NCBI GenBank assembly: GCA_964016885.1
Contig: OZ024742.1
Coordinates: 204,786,001-204,850,000, forward strand
Length of the DNA: 64,000 nt
Origin: Eledone cirrhosa
Taxonomy: Eukaryota
Direction of reading: 5' to 3'
The notes beneath the pieces are model-generated. The model saw only the letters and a list, made by a program, of their open reading frames with translations, was not told where the DNA came from and made no database searches. A program made the translations under genes and the position numbers. Below, in pieces: positions 1 through 11,965 of the stretch; position 1 is the first letter of the stretch, and every line of letters begins with the position of its first letter.

Positions 1-289
1 CTACTTCAATGAGGCCTTTCTGGAGATTAACTACCAACTTCAGTGGTCAAGTTGAGAATTATTAGATGGATATGTTGGTGTGGATGGAAGGCTATGGTCA
101 TGTCATAATAAATGAATGAGTATTTCAATGTCTGTAGGGCCATGTGATGAATACGGCCTAAATATTTGCAACACAAATTTCAGAAAGAAAGCCATCCAAC
201 CAACAGTTCACTGAAATGAGCATGAGGGCCACAATGGAACAACATAACATTTGCTCTCAGTCATAGGGGAAAGAAAGGAGCATGAAAAT

Positions 290-910
290 GTCAGTATAAA
301 GGGTTGCTAAATAACATGGGTACACAGGATAGTGAGAATATGCTCACATTGGACCTGATAGAAGATTTGTTTCCGTATGACTAGTAAGGCTTTTAAGATG
401 AAAATAGAGAAAACACTAAAAATAGTTGGTGAATTATTGTAGATAAATGATTTGTGAGAGATGTAGAAGCCATGAGTATGGCTATGACTGGTACCAATTA
501 GAGTGAATCATTTAAGATAGAGGTAGGAGCTTATCAAGGTTCTCTCTGTCCTTAATCCCAGTAGTTCTTGGTTGATCTCAAAGATATGCAAAAACAGTTC
601 TAAACTGGGAAATTAGACAAAAGAGCATGAAAGCTCAGTTCTGTAAAAGAAATATAACCTTGCAAGATTTCTAGGAAAGGGATAGTTAATAAGTTGATAA
701 TCTGTAATAGTTGCTAACATTAGGTACACAAAAGAGGCAGAGTGGGATATTTGGCAGGCTGACAGAGAAGCAGGACTTGTTATGTGATGGATAAACAAGA
801 GAAGTTAGTAGTAAGAATAATCATGACTTGAAGTCTATAAACAGTTCAGAAGGTTCACTAGATGTAATTGATACTTTCTGTTACCTAGGTGAGCTGAAAG
901 GGGTTGTGAG
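290..910 (+). mobile_element. Old, heavily decayed RTE-clade LINE fragment (RT, finger and thumb region)
   Basis: Broken frames read ESFKIEVGAYQGS (~505-543), PCKISRKG..ICNSC..VHKR (~657-735) and EGSLDVIDTFCYLG (~848-890). These are collinear with the RTE copy at 961-5079 and lie tail-to-tail with it across a TG/TA tract. Confidence 0.65.
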
Positions 911-960
911 ATATACATTCACATATGTGTGTGTGTATATATATATATATAAATATATAT

Positions 961-3900
961 CATCATCATCTTCGTTTAACGTCCATTTTCCACGCTAGCA
1001 TGGGTTAGACGAGAGTTGTCCCGCTTGAGGCAAGGCTGGTTGGGTGACCGTGTCTCGCTCATATAGGGCTATCTGGCAGGTTTTCTACGGCTGGATGCCC
1101 TTCCTAACACCAACCACATTTACAGTGTGGAACTGAGAACTTTTTACTGTATTACCTACACGGCCACATTACAGCGTGGACTGTGTGTGTTTTTTGTCGT
1201 GACACCTACACGATCTCGATCTCATTTTCTCGTGCTGTTGGTGGGAGTGGGAGGATAGTGGATTGGGGTGTATATTTGGTTAAGAGGTACCTACTGACTG
1301 TAGGTTTCGCTTTGTACATAGGCAAGGCGGGTCTTCTGTATTACTGCGTAGCGCCAAAGATCTTGGTCCAGAGACATTGTCTTAGAGAGATAGATGTAAG
1401 TGTGTGAGGTCGGAATTTATCAGATCATCCCAGGTTTTTCTGGGTCTACCTACTCCGTAACTACCATCAATTTTGATCGCCCTACACTTTTTTATGCAGC
1501 TGTCGTCTTTCATGCGCATCATGTGACCATACCAACGTAGTCTTCTTTCAAGTAAACAGCATCTGATCCCTCTTATTCCTAATTTCTCACTTAGTTCATT
1601 TATGCTTTGCCGTTCACGTATATTACTATTACACATTCAACGGAGCATGCATGCTTCGTTCCTTTCCAGTCTACGCAGGTCCTCTGCACGTAATGCTCAT
1701 GACTCACTGCCATGTAGCATTGCTGTTCGTATACAGGCATCATACAATCTGCCTTTTATTTTTAGAGAGAAACCTTTTGTGGCCATCAGCGGTATAAGCT
1801 CTCTGAACTTTTTCCATATCGTTCTGACTCTGGCTACTGTACTTTCAGAACACCCTCCACCACTGCTGATTTCGTCACCCAGGTAACGGAAAGTGTCTAC
1901 TATTTCTATAGAACCATGTGGGCAATAGAAGGAGCTAGTATCCTTTGGACATTGCTACTTATTGCACCTGAGCATCGGCCACATATAAAGTCTAGATAGT
2001 TTACCTGTGATCCCACTACATCTTTTATGTACCCATACTTTGCATTTGGGACATAAAATGGAATTTCTGCCTACTCCTTTCCTACACACTGAGCATGGCC
2101 ATTTCCCTGAGGGCACCTGTGCCCTATTTTCCTTTCTACAAACTAGAACTTTAGTCTTAGACAAGTTAACTTTAAGGCCTTTTGATTCTAGGCCATGCTT
2201 CCATGTTTCGAATTTCTTCTCTAGTTCAGCCATTGATTTACCTATGAGCGTTAGATCATCTGCGTATAGGAGTTCCCATGGGCAGCCGGTCTTGAACTCC
2301 TCTGTTATAGCCTGAAGGGCAATAATAAATAAGAGGGGGCTAAGGATGAACGCCAACTTTTACACTAAATTCTTCACAATATTCATTGTTAATTCTAACC
2401 TTACTGACTGTTTCATTATACATAGCTCTCACAAGCCATTCATCTACACCTAGTTTTCTAAGAGCCCACCAGATAATGGAGTGGGGGACTCTGTCAAAAG
2501 CTTTCTCCAGGTCTACAAAAGCTAAGCAGAGGGGTTTACTTTTAGCTAGGTACTTCTCTTGTAGTTGTCGTACAAGGAAAAGAGCATCTGTGGTACTTTT
2601 ACCTGACACAAACCCAAACTGCATTTCATCTAGATCAATTCGCTCTCTGATTAGTTGTGCTATAACTCTTTCTGTGACCTTCATGACCTGGTCAACTAAC
2701 TTAATGCCTCTATAGTTTCCCCTATCTAGAGCATCCCCTTTACCCTTGTAGCAGTTAATGATGATGCTGCTACGCCAGTCTTTCGGTATGACCCCATTCT
2801 GTATTACTCGGTTAACTATACGGGTGACCATAGTGTGTCCCACCATACCAGATGCCTTCAACATCTCAGCAATTATCTCCGAAGGCCCAGCCGCCTTACC
2901 TGTCTTCATATCTTTGATTGTCTTACTTATTATATTACCTTTAACTTGCACCGCTGGTCCTTCTATTGGATCGATTTGGGGCAGACTATCTTTTTCCCAT
3001 TTATTCTCATTTAATAGTCTCTCGTAGTGACACTTCCAGGCTATCTTCTTATCAGTATCAGTGAGCGCAAGTACACCATTATCATTACGGACACACTTCT
3101 CCTCGACAATATCCCAGTTTTCCTTGACACACTGTCTAGCAATCCTGAACACCTCACGTTGTAGAACATGCTTGAACTTTCTATCCTCTGCTACCCTTTT
3201 TGTAAGGTACATTTGTCTCCTAGCTTCTCTCCTGGCCACTTGATAGTGCTCTCTACTTCTCCCATCCTGCAATACTTTCCAAACCTGCTTTTTGGCCTTG
3301 ATTGTCTCTTCCACCTTACTGTTCCACCACCAAGTTACTCTCCTCCTGCCAATAGGTCTGCTCCAGCCACAGATTTCATCCGTTGCTTTCAGCAGGTTCA
3401 CTTTCAAGAATTGCCACTGTTCCTCTATATTGCACGTCTCTAATTGCTCTTCCTTATTGTCAAAGGCATCAAGTAATAAGCTTTTAAATTTGTCACTGGC
3501 TATGGGGTCCTTCAACTTCCATATTCTTCTCCTCAAGGTAGGCGTCCTCTGTCGTCGAGTACGTCTATTCCTGACTATGAGGTCACTAACTACTAGGCTA
3601 TGTTGGGAGGTGCATTCTTCACGGAGGAGGGATTTAGTGTTTACAACAGACATTTTGTCCCGTCTTCTAGTAAGGATATAATCTATCTGGCTGGCGTGTT
3701 CCCCTGATCTATAGGTGATCAAGTGGTTTTCACGTTTTTTGAAGTTCGTGTTACAGATAGTTAGGCTATTTGCGTCACAGAATTCCAGGATTCTGAAGCC
3801 CTCCTCATTTCTATTTCCAACCCCATAGCCTCCATGGATTCCATCATAGCCATCACTATGTTGTCCAACGTGACCGTTTAGATCGCCAGCAATAATTAAG

Positions 3901-5079
3901 TAGTCACTGTCGGTTATTTGGGAGGTAGTGTGCATTAGCATCTCATAGAACCTGTCCTTTATAACATCAGGTAGACCAGATTGGGGTGCATAAGCAGATA
4001 TTATTGTCACAGTAGTTCTATTTAGAACTAGTCTTAATTTAATTATTCTGTCATTCACTCTATTTACATCAATTACCTTAACTAACCATTTTTCAGCTAA
4101 CATAATTCCTACACCACCCTGTCCATTGTTATTTCCCACCCAGAAAAGTTTATAGCATCGTTTTTTACCCACGATGAATCTGGCAGATTCTCCACCTAGT
4201 CTCTTGAATACAACAAACATCAACTTCTTTACATTCAAGCATCTCTACAACCTCATTTGAGCGACCTTTCAATGTGCCTACGTTCATGGTACCAACTCTG
4301 AAGTTGGGAGGGTGGGATGGATGGGTTGGAGGGGTGTGGGAGATGGGATTTTGTTGGTCATCTGTGTCTGAAATAAATAGGGGTCCTTGTATTCTCGTCT
4401 TGCAGAGGGAGGTGAATTTATCTTTATCTGTGACATTGTCATTGAGTGCTTAGACTTTTCAAATTTACGCAGTCAACCCATCAAACAAGTCTAAACTTAA
4501 GGAGTAGTAACCGGAGTGGTAGCTTTGCTATACTGATTTGTTAGAGAACTTAGTCGCTGAGTTATGATTGGACCATATAGCAATGGTGGTGTGTGGGGGT
4601 GGGAGGGCAGGAAATTGGTTACTTTAGGAGTAGTTTAGTCTTTAGGAAAGGTCCAACAGATTGAGACATATTAAAAACATGAAAATAGTAATTTAAAATC
4701 AGAGAGGTAAACGGAGAATTTGAATTTTAGAGTGGTATAAATAAGGTTTTAAAACACTGCTTAATTGAGGAGACTACGGAAATAAAGAAAAGACAGCTTT
4801 TGCTTACATTCTCAAAATCGACAGATCGTCCTTAAGATAGATTAGATAGATAAACTCTGTCGTTGGAAGCCAGCAAGAGATTTATTTTATACTTGCGATG
4901 AGGCTGGGGGTGGGGTGGGGTGGGGTGAGAGAAAGAGCAAAGTGTTTACAAAGTTTGCAAGCGAGATGCCGGAAGGTTCTGGAATAATTATTTAATAACA
5001 ATACTAGAAGGAGAAGTTTAGTTTTTAGGAAAGGTCCGTCCAACAGATTGAGACATATTAAAAACATGAAAATAGTAAT
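961..5079 (-). mobile_element. Near full-length RTE-clade (BovB-like) LINE, inactivated
   Basis: Has a 3' (GAT)n tail at 961-970, an ORF with APE endonuclease and RT motifs, and ~0.8 kb of putative 5' UTR. (TA)n tracts flank both ends. The 5' boundary is approximate. Confidence 0.9.
1382..4303 (-). pseudogene. Disrupted RTE ORF: APE endonuclease, reverse transcriptase, PHD-like finger, C-terminal RRLRWYGH region
   Basis: Motifs are FRVGTMNVGTL, DVCCIQETRW, SAYAPQ, GDLNGHVG, QIDYIL, SQH, YKGKGD, NYRGIKL, QFGF, FVDLEKAFDRV, LSPLLF, LLYADD, RRLRWYGH and GRPRKTW. Frameshifts occur near 4195, 2345 (the QGS motif is deleted) and 1997, with further lesions at 1640-1750. Confidence 0.9.
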
Positions 5080-5584
5080 ATATACATACAGATACACACA
5101 CACACACACTAATATATATATATATGTGTGTGTGTGTACACATATATATATATATATATACATGTGTATACTATACATGTGTACACACATATATACTTGA
5201 ACATTTTTTCTCACTTCCTCAAAAGTAGCAATTTCAGATGGGCTGGGAGCCACCATCTTGCTTACGTATGGTCCTTCGCTCTACCAAGTGCATTTTATGA
5301 TGATACCAGCACCAGGAACCATGTACTGGGTGAACTTATCGTGTAGATCAACAAGACTAGGGAGATTATCATGTGTTTGGCAAGCTTTTTACAGCTGGAT
5401 GTATTTATGATGTAGATCACCAACACCAGTGAAGTTGTCATGTTGTTGACACAACTGAAAGTTTTCTCTATCCTCATTAGCAATGGTTTCTACAGTGGGG
5501 TTCCTTGTATATATATAAATATTTATACATACACAAGCATATATATATATCAGGGAAAGCAAACATTAAATATTTATATATATA

Positions 5585-5981
5585 TATATTTAAAAAAAGG
5601 AAAAGAATGACTTCACTTGTAGTTCTAAACAATTTAATTTAATTTTATATCATAATTTTACAATTTGGTTTTGTAGATCTACAAAACCAAATTATAAAAT
5701 TATATTATAAAATTGAATTAAAATCTTCTGTTTATGGATGATTTACAGTCATTACACAAATGATGACTGCAGCCCTGTCATATTTTTCTTCATTAGAGCT
5801 ACATGTACACACACACATCAAGATAGAACCAGTTTAAAACTAGTTAGACCATTACTCAACAGAGTACTCGATACTTTGGATTTGTAGAGCTACAAAACCA
5901 AATTGTAAAATTATATTATAAAATTGAATTAAATTGTTTAGAACTACAAGTGAAGTCATTCTTTTCCTTTTTTTAAATATA
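5585..5981. repeat. Inverted repeat A (5585-5685 / 5881-5981) with a loop-less palindrome at 5633-5722
   Basis: AAAAGGAAAAGAATGACTTCACTTGTAGTTCTAAACAATTT is reverse-complemented at ~5930-5975. The palindrome is centred on TTTGTAGATCTACAAA. Confidence 0.9.
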
Positions 5982-6244
5982 CCTAACTGTACCAAGGATT
6001 TCACACATTTTCCAATATATATATATGTATATGGGTCTGGAACTAGCTGCTGAAATGGCAGGAGCTCAGCTGCCGAGTCCCGACTCTTTAGCCATACTCT
6101 ACTAGCCCAAGTATCGAGTACTCTGTTGAGTAATGGTCTAACTAGTTTTAAACTGGTTCTATCTTGATGTGTATGTGTACAGGTAGCTCAAATGAAGAAA
6201 AATATGACAGGGCTGCAGTCATCATTTGTGTAATGACTGTAAAT
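5741..6244. repeat. Inverted repeat B (5741-5876 / 6109-6244), interleaved with repeat A
   Basis: ATTTACAGTCATTACACAAATGATGACTGCAGCCCTG...AGAGTACTCGATACTT is reverse-complemented at 6109-6244 with few mismatches. Confidence 0.9.
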
Positions 6245-6282
6245 GTGGTAGGATTTTATAATGGGGTGGGTGGTTACTCTAA

Positions 6283-6523
6283 ATGTGGTAGAACTGGATA
6301 TAATGTGGTGCTGACTGTACATGTGGTAGACCTGGATATAATGTAGTGTTGACTGTTCATGTGGTAGAACTTGACATAACGTGGTGCTGACTGTACATGT
6401 GGTAGAACTGGATATAATATGGTGCTGACTGTACATGTGGTAGAACCTGACATAATATGGTGCTGACTGGTAGATAGAGCTTGATGTAACGTGGCTGTAA
6501 CTGTATATTGTGGTAGAACTGGA
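6283..6523. repeat. 38-bp minisatellite, about 6 copies
   Basis: Unit is ATGTGGTAGAACTGGATATAATGTGGTGCTGACTGTAC. Confidence 0.85.
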
Positions 6524-6823
6524 TGAAGAAGTCTCATTTAAAGATGATAAAAAGGTCATATTTAGAAGAGGGAAGACTTGATGATGCGAGGTGTCAGGGC
6601 TAGGGTATTGACTGCCTTATGGAGATAATGACAAATGATAGCTACCAGTGTCAATATGCTGTACAGCAGACCTGTCAAACCCATACCATAACTGGAATAA
6701 TTAGATATTAGAATGTCATCATGATGATACATATTACACATACTTACACAGATTATCTTGAAAATGAATTCCAGAAAAACAATACTGAATAAAATATCTC
6801 TATAGTTATTATTGTTATTACTT

Positions 6824-6942
6824 AGTAGTAGTAGTAGAAGTAGTAGTAGTAGTAGTGATGGTAGTAATAGTAGTGGTGGTGGTAGTAGTAGTAATAGTGG
6901 TGGTAGTAGTAGCGGTGGTGGTGGTAGTAGTAGTAGTAGTAA
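6824..6942. repeat. (AGT)n/(GGT)n trinucleotide tract
   Basis: Read directly from the sequence. Confidence 0.9.
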
Positions 6943-7149
6943 TGAAGAGGGTGGTTTACTCAAATTAGAAACTTTTCTGTTTAAAAACATAAAACAGAAC
7001 ACAAGACTTTAAAATATGATAGATGTGGTAGTGCAACTTCAGTTTTATATATATACACACAGGGACATTATATATATGCACTCAGGTACATTATATATCA
7101 TATACTTTAGTTTTATATAAATATATATACACTCAGGCACATTATATAT

Positions 7150-7345
7150 ATAGGAACGAGTAGGACCCCGACGGCTGAGCTCAAGCCGTTTCGACGGCTA
7201 ATTCTGGACTGAATTAGCTGTCGAAACGGCTTGAGCTCAGCCGTCAGGGTCCTACTCATTCCTATTACCCACTCTACTACCCTAAGTATTGAGTACTTTG
7301 GTGCGTTATGGTCCACCTGGTTCCTTACCACATTTACTTCGTTAT
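7150..7345. mobile_element. Short fold-back element in (TA)n: 55-bp-arm hairpin (7150-7265) plus a tail homologous to 6033-6150
   Basis: Arms are 7150-7204 and 7211-7265 with 3 mismatches and a 6-nt loop. GAATTAGCTGTCGAAACGGCTTGAGCTCAG..ACTCTACTACCCTAAGTATTGAGTACT aligns with GAACTAGCTGCTGAAATGGCAGGAGCTCAG..ACTCTACTAGCCCAAGTATCGAGTACT. The hairpin is certain, but the mobile-element call is inferred. Confidence 0.6.
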
Positions 7346-7742
7346 GTATATATATATATTAAATGTACATGTGTTAGCTTGACTTTGATTATACACATAT
7401 ATGTATGTGTATATATATACATCACCCCTCCCCCACTGATGATAATGAAAGTTAGAGTAGTCAGTTATTCTTTGATAGAGAGGGAGACCAACAAGAAATG
7501 TTGCAGCAGCAATTATAAAAGACAAAAATAGATTGGTTATCATAAAAACAGAGCAGTATTGTTGTTTCTCTGTAGTATAGGCACAAAGCCAGATATTGTG
7601 AAACAGAAGGAGCTGGAGGGTGGCTGGCCTTACTTCATTATACCTAACTTTTTTCAATTGTTATTATTCTGCTGGGGTTAGCTTTTTTTTCCATCCTTAC
7701 ATTGTCGATAAAATAAAGTACCAGTCATGCTTTATGATCAAT

Positions 7743-7961
7743 TTAACCCTCTAGCATTTAAACCAGCCACAATTCTCTCACCTCTTTCTGTTCAAACCGA
7801 CCGTAACCAGTCACTCATACTGATGTTAAGGTGTTGTCCTCAAAATAAATAATATCGAAATCTCATAGATTCGATATTATGTGATATAATTAAGTGAGGT
7901 AAAGCCATTACTGTGAAAATATAATAGTATATATAGAGTATTCTAAAAGCTAAAGGGTTAA
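7743..7961. mobile_element. piggyBac-type MITE inserted at a TTAA inside a SINE
   Basis: Ends are TTAA-CCCTCTAGC and GCTAAAGGG-TTAA. The flanks rejoin into the SINE sequence seen intact at 23600-23680. Confidence 0.75.
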
Positions 7962-8036
7962 TCAACTTCCCCTCCCCTTCAAATTGCTGGCTTTGTGCCA
8001 AAAGTAGAAACAATTATTATTATCATTATTGGTTTA

Positions 8037-8230
8037 AGGGCGGTGGATTGGCAGTATCGGTAGAGTTGGACACCATGCTTTGCAGCACAGAGTTACGGTC
8101 CTTTATGGTCTGAGTTAAAATCCCGCTGAGGTTAACTTTGCCTTTCATCCTTACGGGGTCGATAAAATAAAGTACCAGTAATGCACTAGGGTATTTGCTG
8201 GCCTAGTGCCAAAAGTAGAAACAATTATAA
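8037..8230 (+). mobile_element. tRNA-derived SINE (cephalopod-type family with an (ATT)n tail)
   Basis: GGCGGTGGATTGGCAG..TGAGTTAAAATCCCGCTGAGGTTAACTTTGCCTTTCATCCTTACGGGGTCGATAAAATAAAGTACCAGT. The same core recurs more than ten times in the window. Confidence 0.8.
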
Positions 8231-8429
8231 TTGGTACTATTGACAGAGTTGTTAGAGCATCCAACAAAATCTTGGTAGTATTTGTTCTCAATGACAGTGT
8301 TTCTCAGTTCAACTCCTGCCAAAATATATACTTTGTCTTTCTTCACTGTTGGGTCAATAAAATAAAATAAAAGTCAAGTACTTGGGATTGGTTTAAGTGA
8401 GTATTTAATCATCTGTCAAGTCACAACAA

Positions 8430-9760
8430 TGCTTTGATTACAATTGGTATCATTTTCACATTAATTTCTGCATGTAAAATATCATCCAGTTCTAAAATCC
8501 CCAAATATTTGTATCCACTATCTTCTGGTTCCCCCATAGCCCCTCAAGATGGCAGCCATAATCCACTACAGGCTGCTTTCTTCCCTCTTTTCATATTGAG
8601 CTTAAAGTATTTGGAAATCCCAAATTCCATATGGATGTAACTGCTACATATCTGGACTGTTATAACCAAAGTATCAGGTTATCCATAAACAGAAGATGGT
8701 TTATGAATGGTCCTTTCTTTCCACATTGGTACATTTTAACATTCCTAAAGTCAGTGTTAAAGGTATCAATGCTACGAAAATAGTAATGGTGAAGATACCC
8801 CTTTTAATTCCAAGGAATTCATTGCTTGAGTACAAGTTGGTCTTCCACTCTACTGTACTATTCAGAAAACAACTTGCAGTGTCAGGCATTCAACAATCCA
8901 AGAATGAGGTGCCATATCATATGCTTTCTTATTGCCAATCCAAACCACAGACATGTTGATATGATGTTTTTACAATGCCTCAAAAACTCTTACAATCACC
9001 AGGTGATCCTTGGTACCCTGAGATCGCCTCCAACATCCTTTTTGTTCCTTTGGTAATATTCCTTCCTGTAAAAGCTAAGTATATGCCTTCTCCGCAAATA
9101 TCCCAGTAAGTAACTTCCATATCATGCTCAGGCATGCTATAGGACGATAGTTTCCCACAAGAGGGAACTGCCCTTCTCTGGACACATTCATTCAATTGAA
9201 TTGCCAGTCTTTCATAAACTACATTGCATCTCTTCAACCAAAAGCCATCAATCCCACCTGGACTGGGAGCTTTCCAGTTTGGTGCCTTAGAGCCCATCCC
9301 AACTCCTTGGCCTGGTCAGCATTAGGAACAACATGCTTCCCATTGTCTCCTTCCAAAGTGCAGAAGAATTGTCTAGGATTATTTTGGAACACTCTATTCT
9401 CCTAGAATTGCTTATTTCTGTTTCTGGCTTTTCAACAAAATCCTGTTTTAATTGTTCCATTACTTTATAGAATCGATTCTTCTGTATTTTATACTTCTTG
9501 TTTAATATCTCTCAATCAGACTTTTTTCGTTTTTCCATTTTCCTTTAAACCATTGCTCAATTTTACTTAAATCCTGCCTTGATTGCAGTCATTTTTAATG
9601 CATTGTTTCTACCATGGTTCTTTTGCCTTACTCTGCTTTGTTTTTATCAGTTGTAACTTCTTCTCAACAAATATAAGTGCAATAGCTTGGATAAAGTTCC
9701 TTGTTTGTATTATGCCCTGTCTTAATATGACACCAAATGTTGTTTTCTTTTGTTCTAGTA
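8430..9760 (-). mobile_element. Decayed R4/Dong-clade LINE (RT region)
   Basis: Fragments read NWKAPSPGGIDGFWLK, LGIKRGIF, VALIPLT, INHLLFMDNL, HMEFGISK and SGYKYLGILE, with many stops and frameshifts. Confidence 0.75.
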
Positions 9761-10364
9761 GTGGTGGTGGCTGTGGAGTTGTTCTTGCTCAACTAATCAT
9801 TGCTAGTATGTTTAGTAGTAGTAGTAAGGACAGTTTGTCGATGTGCTTTTTTGGAGCTGTGCTGGTAGCTTTACTTTTTCAAATGCTTCTGTGGTAGTGG
9901 TGATGGAGTAGAGGCGACAGATGTGGTAGTGAAGTGGTGGTGTAGTGGGTATTGTTGTTGCTATTTTTGTGTTTGTCTAGACTACACTTTGTAGCCATAA
10001 CAACAGGATGTTGTTGTTTGTTTGTTTGTTTGTTGTCTGTGTTGTGCTCTGTAACCATACAGTCAAGTTCAGCCTGTTGATATTGCTACTAGCATTTAGT
10101 AGACAAGTTGACATCTGACTTCTGCTTCCCAGCCAAAATTTAAACCATTTTGTATTTTTCGAAAAGTTAGAAGATAAACTTTGGAATAGCCTTCAATAGT
10201 CTGTTCCTTAGGAGGAAATATATGTGATCTTTACGTGGTTGCCTCGCTACTTACGGAAACTAATGATGTTACTTTTAGCTGAACGCAGTCGGTACAAATA
10301 TACAAAATTGGACAAAAAACTTACCCTCGAAAGTGTAGTGTCCCCAGGTTTTATTATTATTATA

Positions 10365-11070
10365 GGGCAGTGGAGTATCGGACAATATGCTTTGTGGCAT
10401 ATAGTTATAGTCCTATACGTTATGAGTTCAAATCTCCCCATGGTTAGCTTTGCCTATCATCCTTACGAGATCGATAAAATAAAGTACCAGTAACTCACTG
10501 GAGGTCGATTTAATCAACTTTACCCTCCCCAACAATTATTGGCTTTGTGCCTAAATCAGAAACAATTATTATCCAGGCAGTGGAGTGTCTCAATCAAAAG
10601 AGAGTCAGAGAAAGTGCCGAAGGTGGTATTTGTTACCACTCTCTAATTCCTGAGTTGAAATCCTGCCAAAGTCAATTTTTGCCTTTCATCCTTTCAGGGT
10701 CAATAAAATAGAGTACCACTGGGGTCAATTTGATAAGAACATAAAGAGCTGAAAAAAATACTGCATGGCATTTTGTCTGACATTCTTAAAACAACAATAA
10801 TAATTGTTTCTTATTTAGGCACAAGGCCAGCAATTTTTTAAGCAGTGCTTTATTTTATCGACCCCTAAAAATTGAAAGGCAAAGCTAATTTGAACTCAGA
10901 ATGTAACAAAGTATGTTGTCCGATGCTCTACCGATACTGCCAATCCACCACTCTAATAATTGTTTCTACTATTGGCACAAGGCCAGCAATTTCCCAGTAC
11001 ATTACTGGTACTTTATTTTATCGACCCCGTAAGGATGAAAGGCAAAGTTAACCTCGGCGGGATTATAATA
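10365..11070. mobile_element. Cluster of four SINE copies (two plus strand, then two minus strand)
   Basis: TTTGCCTWTCATCCTT..GATAAAATAAAGTACC cores at ~10450 and ~10680. Reverse-complement cores occur at ~10850-10885 and ~11005-11050. Confidence 0.8.
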
Positions 11071-11779
11071 ATAGAGTAAATCAAAGATGGCATGCCTTGC
11101 AAGAGAGTGTATTGATGAGAGAGAGAGAGGCATTAAAAAAGAGAGACAGACAGACAGAGACAGAACAAAGAGACGGAAGGAAACAGAGACAGAAGGAGAG
11201 AGAGAAAGAGACAGATAGTTAGAAACTAAGGAGAGACAAATAAACAGAGAAAGAGAGAGTAATGTGTAGATGGCAGTTAATGATATGTTGGTAACAAGTG
11301 ATAAGTGTGGTTGGTATTACAGAGAAGGGTGGATCATTTTTATGGGTAGTGGTCATGTATGGAGTGGCATGCATGCATAATTATATGCAAATAGATAGGA
11401 TGCTTGACAGAGAGAGAGAGAGGGTGGGGGGATTGATAAGCTTCATTTAGGATACATTGACAACAGCATTTGGATTTGTTAATTTAGCAGTGCTAAAGTA
11501 AAGAAGGATTTCAATATGAGAAGACAAGGGTCAATACCTATAGTAAGTCCAGTAAGGTACTTATTCAACTGAATAAGGTGACAAGTATAGTTAGTTTACT
11601 TAAAGTCTGTGCCAAGCCAAGAGTATCAGACTGAAGTTTACTCCAGTTTCACCAGTGTGAAGAGATTGAGATTACAAGACTGTTCTCTGGACAGGACACC
11701 AGTCAATTGTAGGGTTAACATGCATCTGCTGCTACTACTACATAGACTGAGAGTACAACAGTGTTCCCTGGACAGGACA

Positions 11780-11965
11780 CCAGTCCATTTTAAGGTTAAA
11801 CTTCAGTAGTTGCTACTGCAAGTCATTTTGAACTAAGTTGACTGGAGCAGTGTGAAATGGAATGTTTTGCTCCAGAACACAACATGCCACTCAGTCCACA
11901 AATTGAACCCATGACATTACAATTCTAAGTCCAACACACTAAATACACTAGGTTGCATACCCTCA
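11780..11965 (-). mobile_element. tRNA-derived SINE of a second family
   Basis: Reverse complement of a tRNA-like head plus GTGTTCTGGAGCAAAACA..TTCACACTGCTCCAGT, resembling the SINE at 44843. Confidence 0.6.

Noticed and set aside
6747-6784. Possible minus-strand micro-exon (ttttattcag...gtaagt, reading YCFSGIHFQDNL)
   Set aside because: No resemblance to the expected ASH1L sequence. Splice-like motifs are common by chance in AT-rich DNA.
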